DNA of 64,000 nt, from NCBI GenBank assembly GCA_963741955.1, contig CAVUKB010000007.1, forward strand, positions 64,001 through 128,000, read 5' to 3'. This DNA comes from an uncultured Acidobacteriota bacterium. Its GTDB lineage: Bacteria > Acidobacteriota > Thermoanaerobaculia > Gp7-AA8. The notes under the pieces are model-generated. The model had not been told where the DNA came from and searched no databases. It saw only the letters and a list, made by a program, of their open reading frames with translations. Below are positions 38,811 through 49,233 of this stretch, one piece after another (position 1 is the stretch's first letter; each line of letters begins with the position of its first letter). The translations under genes were made by a program, and so were the position numbers.

Positions 38811-41420
38811 ATGAAACGAACGAGCTCCTCTCTTGCCGCTGCTCTGTTGATCGTTCTCGCTACGGCGACCGCCCTCGCAACTCCTCCCGGACCGGGACGC
38901 CTCGACCCGAACGTCGGGCCGACTCTCGAGGTGGTCCACCTGAAGCTCGATCCTGCCAGTGAGAGCTACACCGGCTCGGTGCAGATCGACCTCCATGTCG
39001 AGAATGCCACCAGCAGGTTCCTCCTCAACGCGGACGGGCCGAAGATCACTCGGCTCCGGCTCGAATCCGCGAACAGAGTGATACCCGCGAAGTTCGAGCA
39101 GCAGGAGAAGGGGATCGTCCAGGTGACGACGGAGGAGCCGATCTCGGCCGGAAAGGCGACACTCTCGATCGACTTCACTGCTCCGTTCAACACCCGGGCC
39201 GTCGGGCTCTACCGCATGACGAAGGATGGCCAGGCATACGCGTTCACCCAGTTCGAGGCGGCGGACGGACGGCGAGCGTTTCCGATGTGGGACGAGCCGG
39301 CCTGGAAGATTCCTTTCGACCTGACCCTCACCATTCCCTCCAGGCTCGAAGCGGTGGCGAACACGCCGATCGAGAAATCGGTCGATGAGGGTGATGGCTG
39401 GAAGACTCTGCACTTCGCGGTGACCCGACCCCTTCCCAGCTATCTGGTCGCGATCGCCGTCGGACCGTTCGAATTCGTTCCCATCAAGGGTATGAAAGTG
39501 CCCGGCCGAGTGGTCACACCCGCGGGAGAGGCAGCGCTCGGGAAGATCGCCGCGGAAGAGACCCCCCGGATCATCGCGGCGCTCGACCGCTATTTCACCA
39601 TCGACTATCCGTTCCGCAAGCTCGACCTGATCGCAGTCCCCGAGTTCTGGCCCGGGGCGATGGAGAATGCGGGTGCGATCACGTACGCCGACAACATTCT
39701 CCTTCTCGACCCGAAGAGTGTCACTCCGGACCAGATGCGCAACCTGATCCGCGTCACCGCGCACGAAGCCGCACACCAGTGGTTCGGTGACCTCGTGACC
39801 ATGCAGTGGTGGGACGACCTCTGGCTCAATGAGTCGTTCGCCGACTGGATGGGAGACAAGATCACCAGCGAGCTCGCTCCGGAGTACGAGCACGACCTGG
39901 TGGAACTGCAGAGCATTCAGGGAATCTACAACCTCGACGCGCGAGCCTCCGTCGGAGCGATCCGTCAGAAGGTGACCTATGCCGACGAAGGGCTCGCAGA
40001 TGTCGGGCTCGCGTACGACAAGGGGAAGGCAGTGCTGCGGATGGTCGAGCAGTGGGTCGGCCCGGAGACGTTTCGTCGTGGCATCATCGCCTATCTTCAC
40101 CAGCACCAGTGGGGCAACGCCACCGGATCGGATCTCTGGTCCGCCCTCGCGAAATCCTCCGGCCAGGACGTCGCCGGGCCATTGAAGACGTTCCTCGATC
40201 AGCCGGGATTCCCTCTGATCGACGTGACGCTCCTCGACGGCGGAAAGGTCAGGCTCCGGCAGCAGCGCTTCGTCAACGCGGGAGTCGACTCCCCCGCCGA
40301 ACAGTGGACCGTCCCGGTCTTCCTCCGCTATTCCGACCGAACCGAAGTGAAGTCGCTGACGGTTCTCCTTTCGAAGCCTGAACAGACATTTCAGCTGGAC
40401 GCGAAGAAGATCGATTGGATCGATCCGAATGCCGATTCCAACGGCTACTACCGCTGGAACGTCGATCGGGCCATGATGCATCGGCTCGCGAAGCACGCTT
40501 CCGAATGGCTCGACCCCCGGGAGCGAATCGCATTCATCGGCAATCTCTCCTCACTTCTCGACGGCGGATTCATTCATGGCGACGACTATCTCCAGATGCT
40601 GGGCGAGTTCGCGAACGATCCCCAGCCGCGGGTCCTGACCGCAGTTCTCCAGGGACTGGCCAAAGTCGATCGAGCTTTCGTGAATGAATCGGATCGTCCC
40701 GCTTTCGCGCGCTATCTTCGAAAGACTCTTCGCCCGGCCCTCGACCGCTACGGGCTCCAGAAGAAGGCCGGTGAAGATGCAGTCGTCACCAGCTTCCGGC
40801 CGCAGCTGCTGGAGTGGCTCGGAATCGATGCGGCCGATCCGGAGATCCGTGCGTTCGGGAAGAAAGCGGCCACGAGCTACATCAAGGATCCGTCGTCGAT
40901 CGATCCTGCCATCGCCGGGGTGGCGCTGAGAATCGCGGCGGCTGACGGCGATCAGGCCCTCTTCGACACCTTCCGCAAAGGAATCGAGACCGCTGAATCG
41001 CCCACCATTCGCGCCCAATACCTCGGCGCGATGTCCGCATTCGATGATCCGAAACTGAGGGCCGAGGCTCTCGATTACGCATTGCACGGCGGCCTTCGTC
41101 CGAACGAGTTGTTCCGCATCCCATTCGGCGCCATGAGAACCGACGAAGCCCATCGTGTGGTGTACTCCTGGTTCACCTCGAATTACGACGAGCTCACCGG
41201 ACGCATCCCTCCGGCCTTTCTCGGATTCATGCCGCAGATCGCCGCAGGATGCGACGCGAAGACATTGGCGTCTGCGGAAAAGTTCTTCTCCGAGGAGCGG
41301 CACCGCACTGAGGAGACGGAAAAGACCATGAAGCGGGTCGAGGACCAGGTGAACGACTGTGTGAATCTCCGCAATCGGGAAGGCTCACGCGTCGCGAAAT
41401 ACCTCGCGACGGTGCAATAG
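38811..41420 (+). CDS. Secreted M1 aminopeptidase (ERAP1-like C-terminus)
   Basis: Signal peptide, TQFE, GAMEN, HEAAHQWFG...WLNES, YDKG. Confidence 0.94.
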   Translation: MKRTSSSLAAALLIVLATATALATPPGPGRLDPNVGPTLEVVHLKLDPASESYTGSVQIDLHVENATSRFLLNADGPKITRLRLESANRVIPAKFEQQEKGIVQVTTEEPISAGKATLSIDFTAPFNTRAVGLYRMTKDGQAYAFTQFEAADGRRAFPMWDEPAWKIPFDLTLTIPSRLEAVANTPIEKSVDEGDGWKTLHFAVTRPLPSYLVAIAVGPFEFVPIKGMKVPGRVVTPAGEAALGKIAAEETPRIIAALDRYFTIDYPFRKLDLIAVPEFWPGAMENAGAITYADNILLLDPKSVTPDQMRNLIRVTAHEAAHQWFGDLVTMQWWDDLWLNESFADWMGDKITSELAPEYEHDLVELQSIQGIYNLDARASVGAIRQKVTYADEGLADVGLAYDKGKAVLRMVEQWVGPETFRRGIIAYLHQHQWGNATGSDLWSALAKSSGQDVAGPLKTFLDQPGFPLIDVTLLDGGKVRLRQQRFVNAGVDSPAEQWTVPVFLRYSDRTEVKSLTVLLSKPEQTFQLDAKKIDWIDPNADSNGYYRWNVDRAMMHRLAKHASEWLDPRERIAFIGNLSSLLDGGFIHGDDYLQMLGEFANDPQPRVLTAVLQGLAKVDRAFVNESDRPAFARYLRKTLRPALDRYGLQKKAGEDAVVTSFRPQLLEWLGIDAADPEIRAFGKKAATSYIKDPSSIDPAIAGVALRIAAADGDQALFDTFRKGIETAESPTIRAQYLGAMSAFDDPKLRAEALDYALHGGLRPNELFRIPFGAMRTDEAHRVVYSWFTSNYDELTGRIPPAFLGFMPQIAAGCDAKTLASAEKFFSEERHRTEETEKTMKRVEDQVNDCVNLRNREGSRVAKYLATVQ

Positions 41421-41765
41421 GGCTATGGCGCGGGCCGGCTTCGGCTCGCGTCGACATTTCGTCTCTTGCATGCGTCGGAGCAGACTCTCCAGTTCGGGCG
41501 AAGAGTCGAGACCTGGCCCCATTGAGGGTCTCGACTCTCCGGACTGGTGAGCTTCACGCGGTCGACGGAGCCTCTTTGCTCCGCGCGGCCGCCATTTCAA
41601 CCCGTGTTCGCCAACATGACTGAATTGTCATAGAGGCGCGCATTCCCGCGAAAATGTTCGCTTCCCCGGTCGCGTAAACGGCAAATTGGTGAAATTTGCG
41701 GGGAATCCCGTGTTAACCAATCGACATTTGACCCGATCGGGCCCATCTTCCTTCCGAGGCACGGT

Positions 41766-42554
41766 ATGACCGAGATTACGGCGTACGCTCCCGGCACCTT
41801 CTGCTGGGCCGAGCTTTCCACCAGTGACGCCCGCGGAGCGAAACGCTTTTACTCGAGACTCTTCGGTTGGAAGTCCAACGGTTTTCCGAGTGCGACGAAT
41901 GCGCGCTACACGATCATGCAGATCGACGGACTCGACGTTGCTGCTCTCTATGAAGAGGAGAGCGAACCGTCACCCGTCTCCGCACCGTCATGGATGACCT
42001 ATGTCGCCGTCGATGACGTCGACGCGACCGCGCGTCGTGCGGAGGAGCTCGGAGCGACGGTCATCCTGCAGCCGTTCGATCTTCTCGACACAGGAAGAAT
42101 GGCGATGCTCCGCGATCCTCAGGGAGCGGTCTTCGCCGTATGGCACGGCAGAAGCCACATCGGAGCAGGGTTGGTCAATGAACCGGGGGCGATCTGCTGG
42201 CACGAGCTCTCGACCTCCAATGCCGAGAGCGCGAGATCCTTTTACCGGCGCCTCTTCAACTGGGCCGAGGAACGAAGGACGGGCGACGACAACGAGTACA
42301 CCGTCTTCAGGTGCGGCACCGCATCGGCCGGTGGCATGCTCCAGGTCGATCCTCTCGTCAGCGGCAATGGCGCTGAGTGGCTGGTCTACTTCTCCGTCGA
42401 CGACTGCGATGACGCCGTGGCGTATGCGCGTCAGCTCGGCGCGACCGTGCTGACGCCGCCGAAGGACGTGACCGGCGTCGGCCGCTTCGCAGTCCTTCGC
42501 GATCCCCAGGGCGCCGTCTTCGCCGTCCTCACTGCCGAGAGCGAAGCCGCCTGA
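41766..42554 (+). CDS. VOC/glyoxalase-family protein (two domains)
   Basis: Duplicated W.EL...FY..LF.W and DPQGAVF motifs. Confidence 0.92.
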   Translation: MTEITAYAPGTFCWAELSTSDARGAKRFYSRLFGWKSNGFPSATNARYTIMQIDGLDVAALYEEESEPSPVSAPSWMTYVAVDDVDATARRAEELGATVILQPFDLLDTGRMAMLRDPQGAVFAVWHGRSHIGAGLVNEPGAICWHELSTSNAESARSFYRRLFNWAEERRTGDDNEYTVFRCGTASAGGMLQVDPLVSGNGAEWLVYFSVDDCDDAVAYARQLGATVLTPPKDVTGVGRFAVLRDPQGAVFAVLTAESEAA

Positions 42555-42775
42555 GCGCGCGTGTAACGTCGCCGCTGTTCCACGAATCCTACCCTCGAGC
42601 CTCATCGCTCACGGACCTCGTGAAGAGCGAGTGAGGCGGGCGAGTTTCGATCGACCCTGCGAGACATGCTCGACAGGATCTCGAGCAGGATCATCGAGCG
42701 CCGCAGCGCGCCCCGTGGACCATCCGGATTCGAGGCGCACCGAATGATTCGAAGCGAAGGGGAGTTGTTGCCGTC

Positions 42776-43384
42776 ATGAAGAAATTCGTCCTGCTGAACC
42801 TCATCGTCATTGCGTTCGCGGCATGCGGAAATGCCCGCACTCCCGAGAGCGCCGGCGGGAAGCCAGCACATCTCGCAGTGGCCACGTTCTCCGGCGGATG
42901 CTTCTGGTGCATGGAGAAACCGTTCGACCAGACTGCGGGAGTGGTCGACACCACTTCGGGCTACACCGGCGGTGACGTGGTTCGGCCTTCCTACGAAGAG
43001 GTGTCGGGAGGCGGGACCGGCCATCGTGAATCGGAGCGCGTGACGTACGATCCGACGAAAGTCAGCTACGAGCAGCTGCTCGACGTTTACTGGCACAACG
43101 TCGACCCGTTCGACGCAGGCGGCCAGTTCTGCGATCGCGGCTCGCAGTACACCACTGCGATCTGGTACCACGACGAGAACCAGCGACGGCTCGCCGAAGC
43201 GTCGAAGCAGCGCATCGAGCAGAAGTTTGGAAAAAAGGTGTACACCGCAATCCTTCCCGCCGGAGCGTTTTACCCCGCCGAGGACTACCACCAGAATTTC
43301 TATCAGAAGAATCCGATCCGGTACGAGTTCTACCGCCACGGCTGCGGGCGGGACCGCCGGCTCGAGGAGATCTGGGGAAAGTAG
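42776..43384 (+). CDS. msrA: Peptide-methionine (S)-S-oxide reductase, exported
   Basis: GGCFWC, SGYTGG, GQFCDRG and AEDYHQ motifs; lipobox-like FAAC. Confidence 0.96.
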   Translation: MKKFVLLNLIVIAFAACGNARTPESAGGKPAHLAVATFSGGCFWCMEKPFDQTAGVVDTTSGYTGGDVVRPSYEEVSGGGTGHRESERVTYDPTKVSYEQLLDVYWHNVDPFDAGGQFCDRGSQYTTAIWYHDENQRRLAEASKQRIEQKFGKKVYTAILPAGAFYPAEDYHQNFYQKNPIRYEFYRHGCGRDRRLEEIWGK

Positions 43385-43390
43385 AGAGAG

Positions 43391-43620
43391 GCATCGAGGA
43401 TCTGAAAAGCATCGCGGATCTGAAAAGCATCGAGGATCGAGGATCGAGGATCTGAAAAGCATCGAGGATCGCGTATCGCGTATCGAGGATCTGGGGGACG
43501 GGGACGGGGACGGGGACGAGGGCGAGGACGGGGACGGGAACGGGGAACGGGGAACGAGGACGGGGACGGGGACGGGAAACGGGGATCGAGGATCGCGTAT
43601 CGCGCATCTCGAGATCGGGA
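43391..43620 (+). repeat. Mixed short tandem repeat tract
   Basis: GCATCGAGGATCTGAAAA 18-mers, ATCGAGG/ATCGCGT 7-mers and a GGGGAC-type 6-7-mer run. Confidence 0.9.
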
Positions 43621-43624
43621 CTAG

Positions 43625-43730
43625 GAGTCTGGGCGGTAGGAACATCCGTAGCGAGAAAGCGGAGCGGCGAGGCCAAATTCGTTCGGATGTGGACCGTTGA
43701 TCCGCTTTCGCAGTAGGACAGTTTCTACCG
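43625..43730. repeat. Internally deleted family A MITE
   Basis: After CTAG (43621-43624); reverse complement of 639-797 lacking the central part. Confidence 0.8.
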
Positions 43731-43874
43731 GGCCAGGACGCCTGTGGCGATTCGCGGATCCAGAATTCGCCCTCTCTCCCACGTGTTCCCTCCTCCGGAC
43801 GGCCGAGCCATTCGTGTAAGCTGGATCGGCGCAACGGTCGTCCCGAAATACCGTCGTTCATCGGAATTGAGCTC

Positions 43875-45101
43875 ATGACTGTCGACAGGAAGAATCTCGA
43901 CGATCTGCGGATCGATCGAAGTGGCGAGAAAGTGCGGTCCGGCCGCTCGAGAAACTGGATCATCGTCATCGTCATCCTTGCGGCGATCGCCGCAATGGGA
44001 TGGTGGGCGAGCCGCCCGGCGGCCGCCGAAGTGCAGGTTGCCACCGTGGCGGACGGCTCCACGGGCGGCGGTGAGGCGGCCGTCCTCAACGCGAGCGGCT
44101 ACGTCACGGCACGAAGGGAGGCGACCGTCTCGTCGAAGGTGACCGGCAAGGTGGTCGAGGTTCTGATCGAAGAGGGAATGAAAGTCAGCGAGGGACAACT
44201 CCTCGCACGTCTCGATCCGGCCACTGCGAGTGCGGCATACCGGCTCGCGGAATCGCAGGCGAAGGCGGCGGCGAGCTCACTCGCGGAGACGAAGGTCCGC
44301 ATCGCTCAGGCCCGGCTCGACCTCGGGCGGGCGCAGAGCCTGACGACCCAGAAGGTCGCAAGCCAGGCCGCGCTCGATCAGGCCAAGGCCGATCTCGACG
44401 CACTCGAGGCGCATCTCGCCTCTCAACGGGACGACTACGCAGTCGCTCGCCGGCAGCTCGATCTGCGAAAACAGGATCTCGACGACACCGAGATCCGCGC
44501 GCCGTTCGCCGGGATCGTGGTCTCGAAAAACGCGCAGCCCGGCGAGATGATCTCGCCGATCTCCGCGGGAGGCGGATTCACCCGCACCGGAATCTGTACC
44601 GTCGTCGACATGGCGTCGCTCGAGATCGAAGTCGACGTCAACGAGGCGTACATCAACCGGGTACACGAGGGACAGAAAGTCGAGGCGGTGCTCGACGCAT
44701 ACCCCGACTGGAAGATTCCGGCGCACGTGATCACCGTCATTCCGACCGCCGACCGCCAGAAGGCGACGGTGAAGGTACGGATCGCGTTCGACCAGCGCGA
44801 CGCGCGCATCCTCCCCGACATGGGCGTGAAGGTCTCGTTCATCGAGGACGACCCGAAGAGCGCGGTTCGTGCCGCGCTCGACGTCCCCAGGGATGCCTTG
44901 CGGCGCGACGGCGATCGCGATGTCGTCTACGTCGTCAGGGACGGACGCGTGGAGCGACGAGCAGTGACGGTGCAATCGACCGACGGAGAAACGGCGAAGA
45001 TCTCCACCGGACTCTCGGCGGGAGAGAAGGTCGTGGTGAGCGGGCCCGACGAGCTTCGGGATGGAGAGCGGGTCCGCATTGCGGAGGAGAAGAACGGATG
45101 A
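43875..45101 (+). CDS. Efflux periplasmic adaptor (membrane fusion protein)
   Basis: N-terminal TM helix, lipoyl halves (VSSKVTGKV, IRAPFAG), helical hairpin, LPDMGV. Confidence 0.92.
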   Translation: MTVDRKNLDDLRIDRSGEKVRSGRSRNWIIVIVILAAIAAMGWWASRPAAAEVQVATVADGSTGGGEAAVLNASGYVTARREATVSSKVTGKVVEVLIEEGMKVSEGQLLARLDPATASAAYRLAESQAKAAASSLAETKVRIAQARLDLGRAQSLTTQKVASQAALDQAKADLDALEAHLASQRDDYAVARRQLDLRKQDLDDTEIRAPFAGIVVSKNAQPGEMISPISAGGGFTRTGICTVVDMASLEIEVDVNEAYINRVHEGQKVEAVLDAYPDWKIPAHVITVIPTADRQKATVKVRIAFDQRDARILPDMGVKVSFIEDDPKSAVRAALDVPRDALRRDGDRDVVYVVRDGRVERRAVTVQSTDGETAKISTGLSAGEKVVVSGPDELRDGERVRIAEEKNG

Positions 45102-45790
45102 GTGCGGAAGCGATCGTCACGGTCGAAGGGGTCGGAAAGGCGTTTCAGAAAGGCGACGAACGGATCACTGTGCTCGAGGATCTCTCGCTCGAGATCTCCC
45201 GGGGCGAGTTTCTCGCGCTGATGGGTCCCTCAGGCTCCGGCAAGAGTACCCTCCTCAACCTCCTGGCCGGTCTCGATCGTCCGACCTCCGGCACGATCAC
45301 CATCGGCGGCGAGCGTATCGACTCGATGTCGAGCCGCGAGCTTGCCCACTGGCGCGCCCGTCACGTCGGTCTCGTGTTTCAGTTCTACAACCTTCTTCCG
45401 GTCCTCTCCGCGGAGCGCAATGTCGAGCTCCCGCTCCTTCTGACGTCCCTCTCGAGGGCGGAGCGAAAGAAGCACGTCGAGACCGCGCTCGAGGTGGTCG
45501 GCCTCTCCCATCGCGCGACCCACTCGCCGCGGACGCTTTCCGGTGGTGAGCAGCAACGCGTCGGTATCGCCCGCGCGATCGTCACCGACCCGACCCTGAT
45601 CCTCGCCGACGAGCCGACCGGAGACCTCGATCGGAAGAGCGGCGACGGCATTCTCGATCTGCTCCACGCGCTCAATCAGGAGCATGGGAAGACGATCGTG
45701 ATGGTCACCCACGATCCACATGCCGCGCGTCGCGCCGATCGCACGCTCTATCTTCTCGACGGACGGATCTCCACGGAGATGGCGGCATGA
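45098..45790 (+). CDS. ABC transporter ATP-binding protein (LolD/MacB-like)
   Basis: [23 protein letters not shown] and VTHD motifs. Confidence 0.95.
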   Translation: MSAEAIVTVEGVGKAFQKGDERITVLEDLSLEISRGEFLALMGPSGSGKSTLLNLLAGLDRPTSGTITIGGERIDSMSSRELAHWRARHVGLVFQFYNLLPVLSAERNVELPLLLTSLSRAERKKHVETALEVVGLSHRATHSPRTLSGGEQQRVGIARAIVTDPTLILADEPTGDLDRKSGDGILDLLHALNQEHGKTIVMVTHDPHAARRADRTLYLLDGRISTEMAA

Positions 45791-46941
45791 AGTTCCTGCC
45801 GCTCGTCTTTTCGGCGTTCCGACGCCACCGGCTTCGCCTCACCCTGACCATCCTCTCGATCGTGGTCGCCTTCCTCCTGTTCGGCTACCTCGCCGCGATC
45901 CGGAAGGCGTTCACCATGGGAGTCGACGTCGCCGGCGCCGACCGCCTGGTCGTGCGGCACAAGGTCTCGATCATCCAGATGCTCCCGCAGAGTTACGAAG
46001 CGCAGATCGAGCAGATTCCGGGCGTGGTCGACGCCACACACGCCACGTGGTTCGGCGGGATCTACAAAGATCCGAAGAATTTTTTCCCCCAGTTCCCGGT
46101 CAAGCCGGATGAGTACCTCGCGATGTACCCGGAGTTCCTTCTTCCGGCCAAAGAGAAAGAGGCCTGGCTCCGAACGCGCACCGGTGCGGTCGTCGGTCGC
46201 AAGCTCGCCCAGAGGTTCGGCTGGAAGATAGGGGACAAGGTTCCGATCCAGGCCACCATCTGGAAGCCGAAGGACGGCGGCAACACCTGGACCTTCGACA
46301 TCGTCGGGATCTACGACGGGAAAGAGAAGGAGACCGACACCACCCAGTTCCTCTTCCGACACGACTACTTCGATGAGAACCGCTCGTTCGGGAAGGGGAG
46401 CGTCGGCTGGTACTACATCCGGGTGAAGGATCCGAGCATGGCCACCGAGGTCGCGAAGAAGATCGATCAGCACTTCGCGAACTCGCCGTACGAGACGAAG
46501 ACCGAGACCGAAGGCGCGTTCGTGAAGGGTTTCGCCGATCAGGTCGGCGACATCGGCACCATCATCACCGCGATTCTCACCGCGGTCTTCTTCACCATTC
46601 TCCTGGTGGCAGGGAACACCATGGGGCAGTCGGTACGCGAACGGATCCGCGAGCTGGGTGTCCTCAAGGCGGTCGGTTTCACCAACGGAGGGATCCTTGC
46701 CATGGTCCTCGGCGAATCGCTCCTCATTTCGGCGGTGGGTGGGATCGTGGGGCTCGGGCTGGCCCTCCTGATGATCGCTGGCGGTGATCCGACACACGGA
46801 GCGCTCCCGGTCTTCTTCTTCCCGCCGCGCGACATCGCCATCGGCGTGCTGCTCGTCGTGGTGCTCGGGACCGTGACCGGGCTGCCGCCGGCGCTGCAGG
46901 CGATGCGGCTCGACCCGGTCGACGCATTGAGGAGGGAGTGA
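45787..46941 (+). CDS. ABC permease (MacB/FtsX family)
   Basis: 1+3 TM topology, ERIRELGVLKAVGF. Confidence 0.92.
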   Translation: MKFLPLVFSAFRRHRLRLTLTILSIVVAFLLFGYLAAIRKAFTMGVDVAGADRLVVRHKVSIIQMLPQSYEAQIEQIPGVVDATHATWFGGIYKDPKNFFPQFPVKPDEYLAMYPEFLLPAKEKEAWLRTRTGAVVGRKLAQRFGWKIGDKVPIQATIWKPKDGGNTWTFDIVGIYDGKEKETDTTQFLFRHDYFDENRSFGKGSVGWYYIRVKDPSMATEVAKKIDQHFANSPYETKTETEGAFVKGFADQVGDIGTIITAILTAVFFTILLVAGNTMGQSVRERIRELGVLKAVGFTNGGILAMVLGESLLISAVGGIVGLGLALLMIAGGDPTHGALPVFFFPPRDIAIGVLLVVVLGTVTGLPPALQAMRLDPVDALRRE

Positions 46942-48131
46942 CCATGAACTGGTTCTCGCAGCTCTTCGAGCTCACTCTCTTCAATCTCCGCACTCTTCCG
47001 CAGCGCAAGGGATCGGCAGCCGCGGCGATCTTCGGCATCGCCGGAGTGGTGGCGGTGTTCGTGGGGGTTCTCTCCATCGGCCGCGGGTTCCAGAAGGCGA
47101 TGGTGGCTGCGGGCGCGCCGGACCGGGCGATGATTCTTCGCGCCGGCGGCGATGCGGAGATGACCAGCATCGTCACTCTCGATGAAGCGAAGATCATCGA
47201 AGAAGCTCCCGGCGTCGCGCGGAAGGGCTCGACCGCTCTCGTCTCGCCGGAGCTCTTCGTGGTGGTCAACCTCCCCAAGCGCACCACCGGAACCGACGCG
47301 AATGTCCCGATGCGCGGGGTCACCCGGCCCGGAATGCTGGTGCGGAGCGAAGTGAAGATCATTCAGGGAAGAATGTTCGACTGGGGGCGGAACGAAGTCA
47401 TCGTCGGGCGTGGAGCGCTCGCCGAATTCCGGGGGCTGGAGGTGGGGTCAAACCTCCAGTTCGGTCGGAACCAGTGGAAGGTGGTGGGGATCTTCACGGC
47501 CAACGGCGGACTTCCGGAGTCCGAGATCTGGACCGATGCCGCCGTCCTGGCGCCTGCATACCACCGCGGATCGACGTATCAGTCCGCTCTGGTGCGCCTC
47601 GCATCGGTCGGCAGCTTCCAGAAATTCAAGGATGCTCTCACCACCGATCCGCGCCTCGACGTGAAGGTCATTCCGGAACAGGAGTTCTACGCGAGCCAGT
47701 CGCGGATGCTCTACCGGCTGATTACCGGCCTGGGAAGCCTGATCGCCGCGATGATGGCGATCGGGGCGGTCTTCGGAGCGTTGAACACCATGTACACGGC
47801 GGTCGCGTCGCGCTCACGCGAGATCGCCACTCTGAAGGCGCTCGGGTTCGGAAGCTCGCCGGTCGTCGTGTCGGTGGTCGCCGAGTCCCTGGTGCTCGCT
47901 CTGATCGGCGGGGCCATCGGCGCTCTCGTCGCGTGGGCGGCGTTCGACGGCTTCCAGACCGCGACGCTGAACATGCGCAGCTTCAGCCAGGTGGCATTCG
48001 CGTTCAGTGTCGATCCTCCGCTCCTGGCGCGCGGGATCATCTATTCAGTCCTGATCGGACTTCTGGGCGGCCTCTTCCCCGCCATCCGTGCTGCGAGACT
48101 CCCGGTCGCGACTGCACTCCGCGAAGGATGA
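46938..48131 (+). CDS. ABC permease (MacB/FtsX family)
   Basis: 1+3 TM topology, SRSREIATLKALGF. Confidence 0.92.
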   Translation: MTMNWFSQLFELTLFNLRTLPQRKGSAAAAIFGIAGVVAVFVGVLSIGRGFQKAMVAAGAPDRAMILRAGGDAEMTSIVTLDEAKIIEEAPGVARKGSTALVSPELFVVVNLPKRTTGTDANVPMRGVTRPGMLVRSEVKIIQGRMFDWGRNEVIVGRGALAEFRGLEVGSNLQFGRNQWKVVGIFTANGGLPESEIWTDAAVLAPAYHRGSTYQSALVRLASVGSFQKFKDALTTDPRLDVKVIPEQEFYASQSRMLYRLITGLGSLIAAMMAIGAVFGALNTMYTAVASRSREIATLKALGFGSSPVVVSVVAESLVLALIGGAIGALVAWAAFDGFQTATLNMRSFSQVAFAFSVDPPLLARGIIYSVLIGLLGGLFPAIRAARLPVATALREG

Positions 48132-48136
48132 GGAGA

Positions 48137-48202
48137 AGCATCGAGGATCTGAAAGGCATCGAGGATCTGAAAGGCAGCTGAGATCGAGGATCGAGGATCT
48201 GA
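48137..48202 (+). repeat. Short repeat tract, same family as 43391-43620
   Basis: GCATCGAGGATCTGAAAG x2 and GATCGAG x2. Confidence 0.85.
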
Positions 48203-48253
48203 CCGCCCCCTTGTCGGAAACGCACGCGTTGCCGTTCGGGATGTCGCTTCGTA

Positions 48254-48312
48254 TCTGCCAGGGGGCGCCGCGGCTTTTGCCGCGGGCGGCACGGCGGAAG
48301 CCGTGCCGCCCC
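48254..48312. repeat. REP-like double hairpin
   Basis: TCTGCCAGGGGGCGCCGCGGC...GGCACGGCGGAAGCCGTGCC; a close copy lies at 54037-54096. Confidence 0.7.
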
Positions 48313-48352
48313 GGTGAGAAGTCGAATCGAACCATTGAAGATCATCGATCGA

Positions 48353-49162
48353 TCAGGAGGCCTTGGTCGCCCTGATGAATGCGCTGGCGAACGTTCCATC
48401 CAACTCCGCGGCAACCTTCTCGACGTCCAGTCCTGCTTCCTCGAAATACGGTCGCGCATCGTCGATCTGGTAGACGCGCGTCGGCTCGACTTCGATTCCC
48501 TCGAACCCGCTCTCCGCCAGGAGCGACCGGTATTCGTCTTCATGCAGCGCTCCTGCGATGCAGCCGGCCCACAGCTCGATGCTCCGGCGAACCTCGTCGG
48601 GGACGTCCGCACGACGCACCACATCCGATACCGCGAACCGCCCTCCCGGCCTGAGTACCCGGAAAGCCTCCCGAAGTACCTGCGGCTTGTCGGCCGAGAG
48701 ATTGATCACGCAGTTGGAGATGATCAGGTCCACCGACGCGTCCGGGAGCGGAATGTTCTCGATCTCCCCCTTCAGGAATTCGACGTTCTCGACACCTGCG
48801 TTCCTCTGGTTCTCCCGCGCGAGCTCGAGCATCTCGTCGGTCATGTCGAGACCGTACACCTTCCCGGAAGGGCCGACCCGTCGCGCCGAAAGAAGAACGT
48901 CGAGTCCGCCGCCCGACCCCAGGTCGAGAACCGTCTCTCCTTCGCGGATGGAAGCGAGAAGAGTTGGATTTCCGCAGCCGAGGGAAGCGCGGACCGCCTC
49001 TTCGGGGATGCCGGTCGTGGTCGCCTCGTCGTAGAGGTCGCTGCTTATCGGGTCGTCGCAGCAGGCGGCCGGTTCGGACCCGCAGCATCCTCCCGATCCC
49101 TTCCGCACCCGGGTTGCTGCATTCGCGTATCGCTGCCGTACTGCTTCTCGGATCTCACTCAT
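48353..49162 (-). CDS. arsM: Arsenite S-adenosylmethionine methyltransferase
   Basis: GCC...[25 protein letters not shown] and WAGCIAGA motifs. Confidence 0.93.
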   Translation of the reverse strand: MSEIREAVRQRYANAATRVRKGSGGCCGSEPAACCDDPISSDLYDEATTTGIPEEAVRASLGCGNPTLLASIREGETVLDLGSGGGLDVLLSARRVGPSGKVYGLDMTDEMLELARENQRNAGVENVEFLKGEIENIPLPDASVDLIISNCVINLSADKPQVLREAFRVLRPGGRFAVSDVVRRADVPDEVRRSIELWAGCIAGALHEDEYRSLLAESGFEGIEVEPTRVYQIDDARPYFEEAGLDVEKVAAELDGTFASAFIRATKAS

Positions 49163-49176
49163 GCTGTCACTCCTTC

Positions 49177-49223
49177 ACATATGCTGTAGCGCATATGTTC
49201 GATCTTCGAAACACATTTGTCAA
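49177..49223 (-). promoter_or_regulatory. Putative arsM operator and promoter
   Basis: Inverted repeat ACATATGC-N6-GCATATGT (49177-49198); TTGACA on the minus strand at 49218-49223. Confidence 0.55.
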
Positions 49224-49233
49224 TACGCATGTG

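Noticed and set aside
41421-41765. Long intergenic region, possible ncRNA
   Set aside because: Some hairpins, but no recognisable RNA family or repeat match.
43391-43620. Possible CRISPR array or repeat-encoded protein
   Set aside because: No constant repeat with unique spacers and no cas genes; the translations are just repeat read-through.
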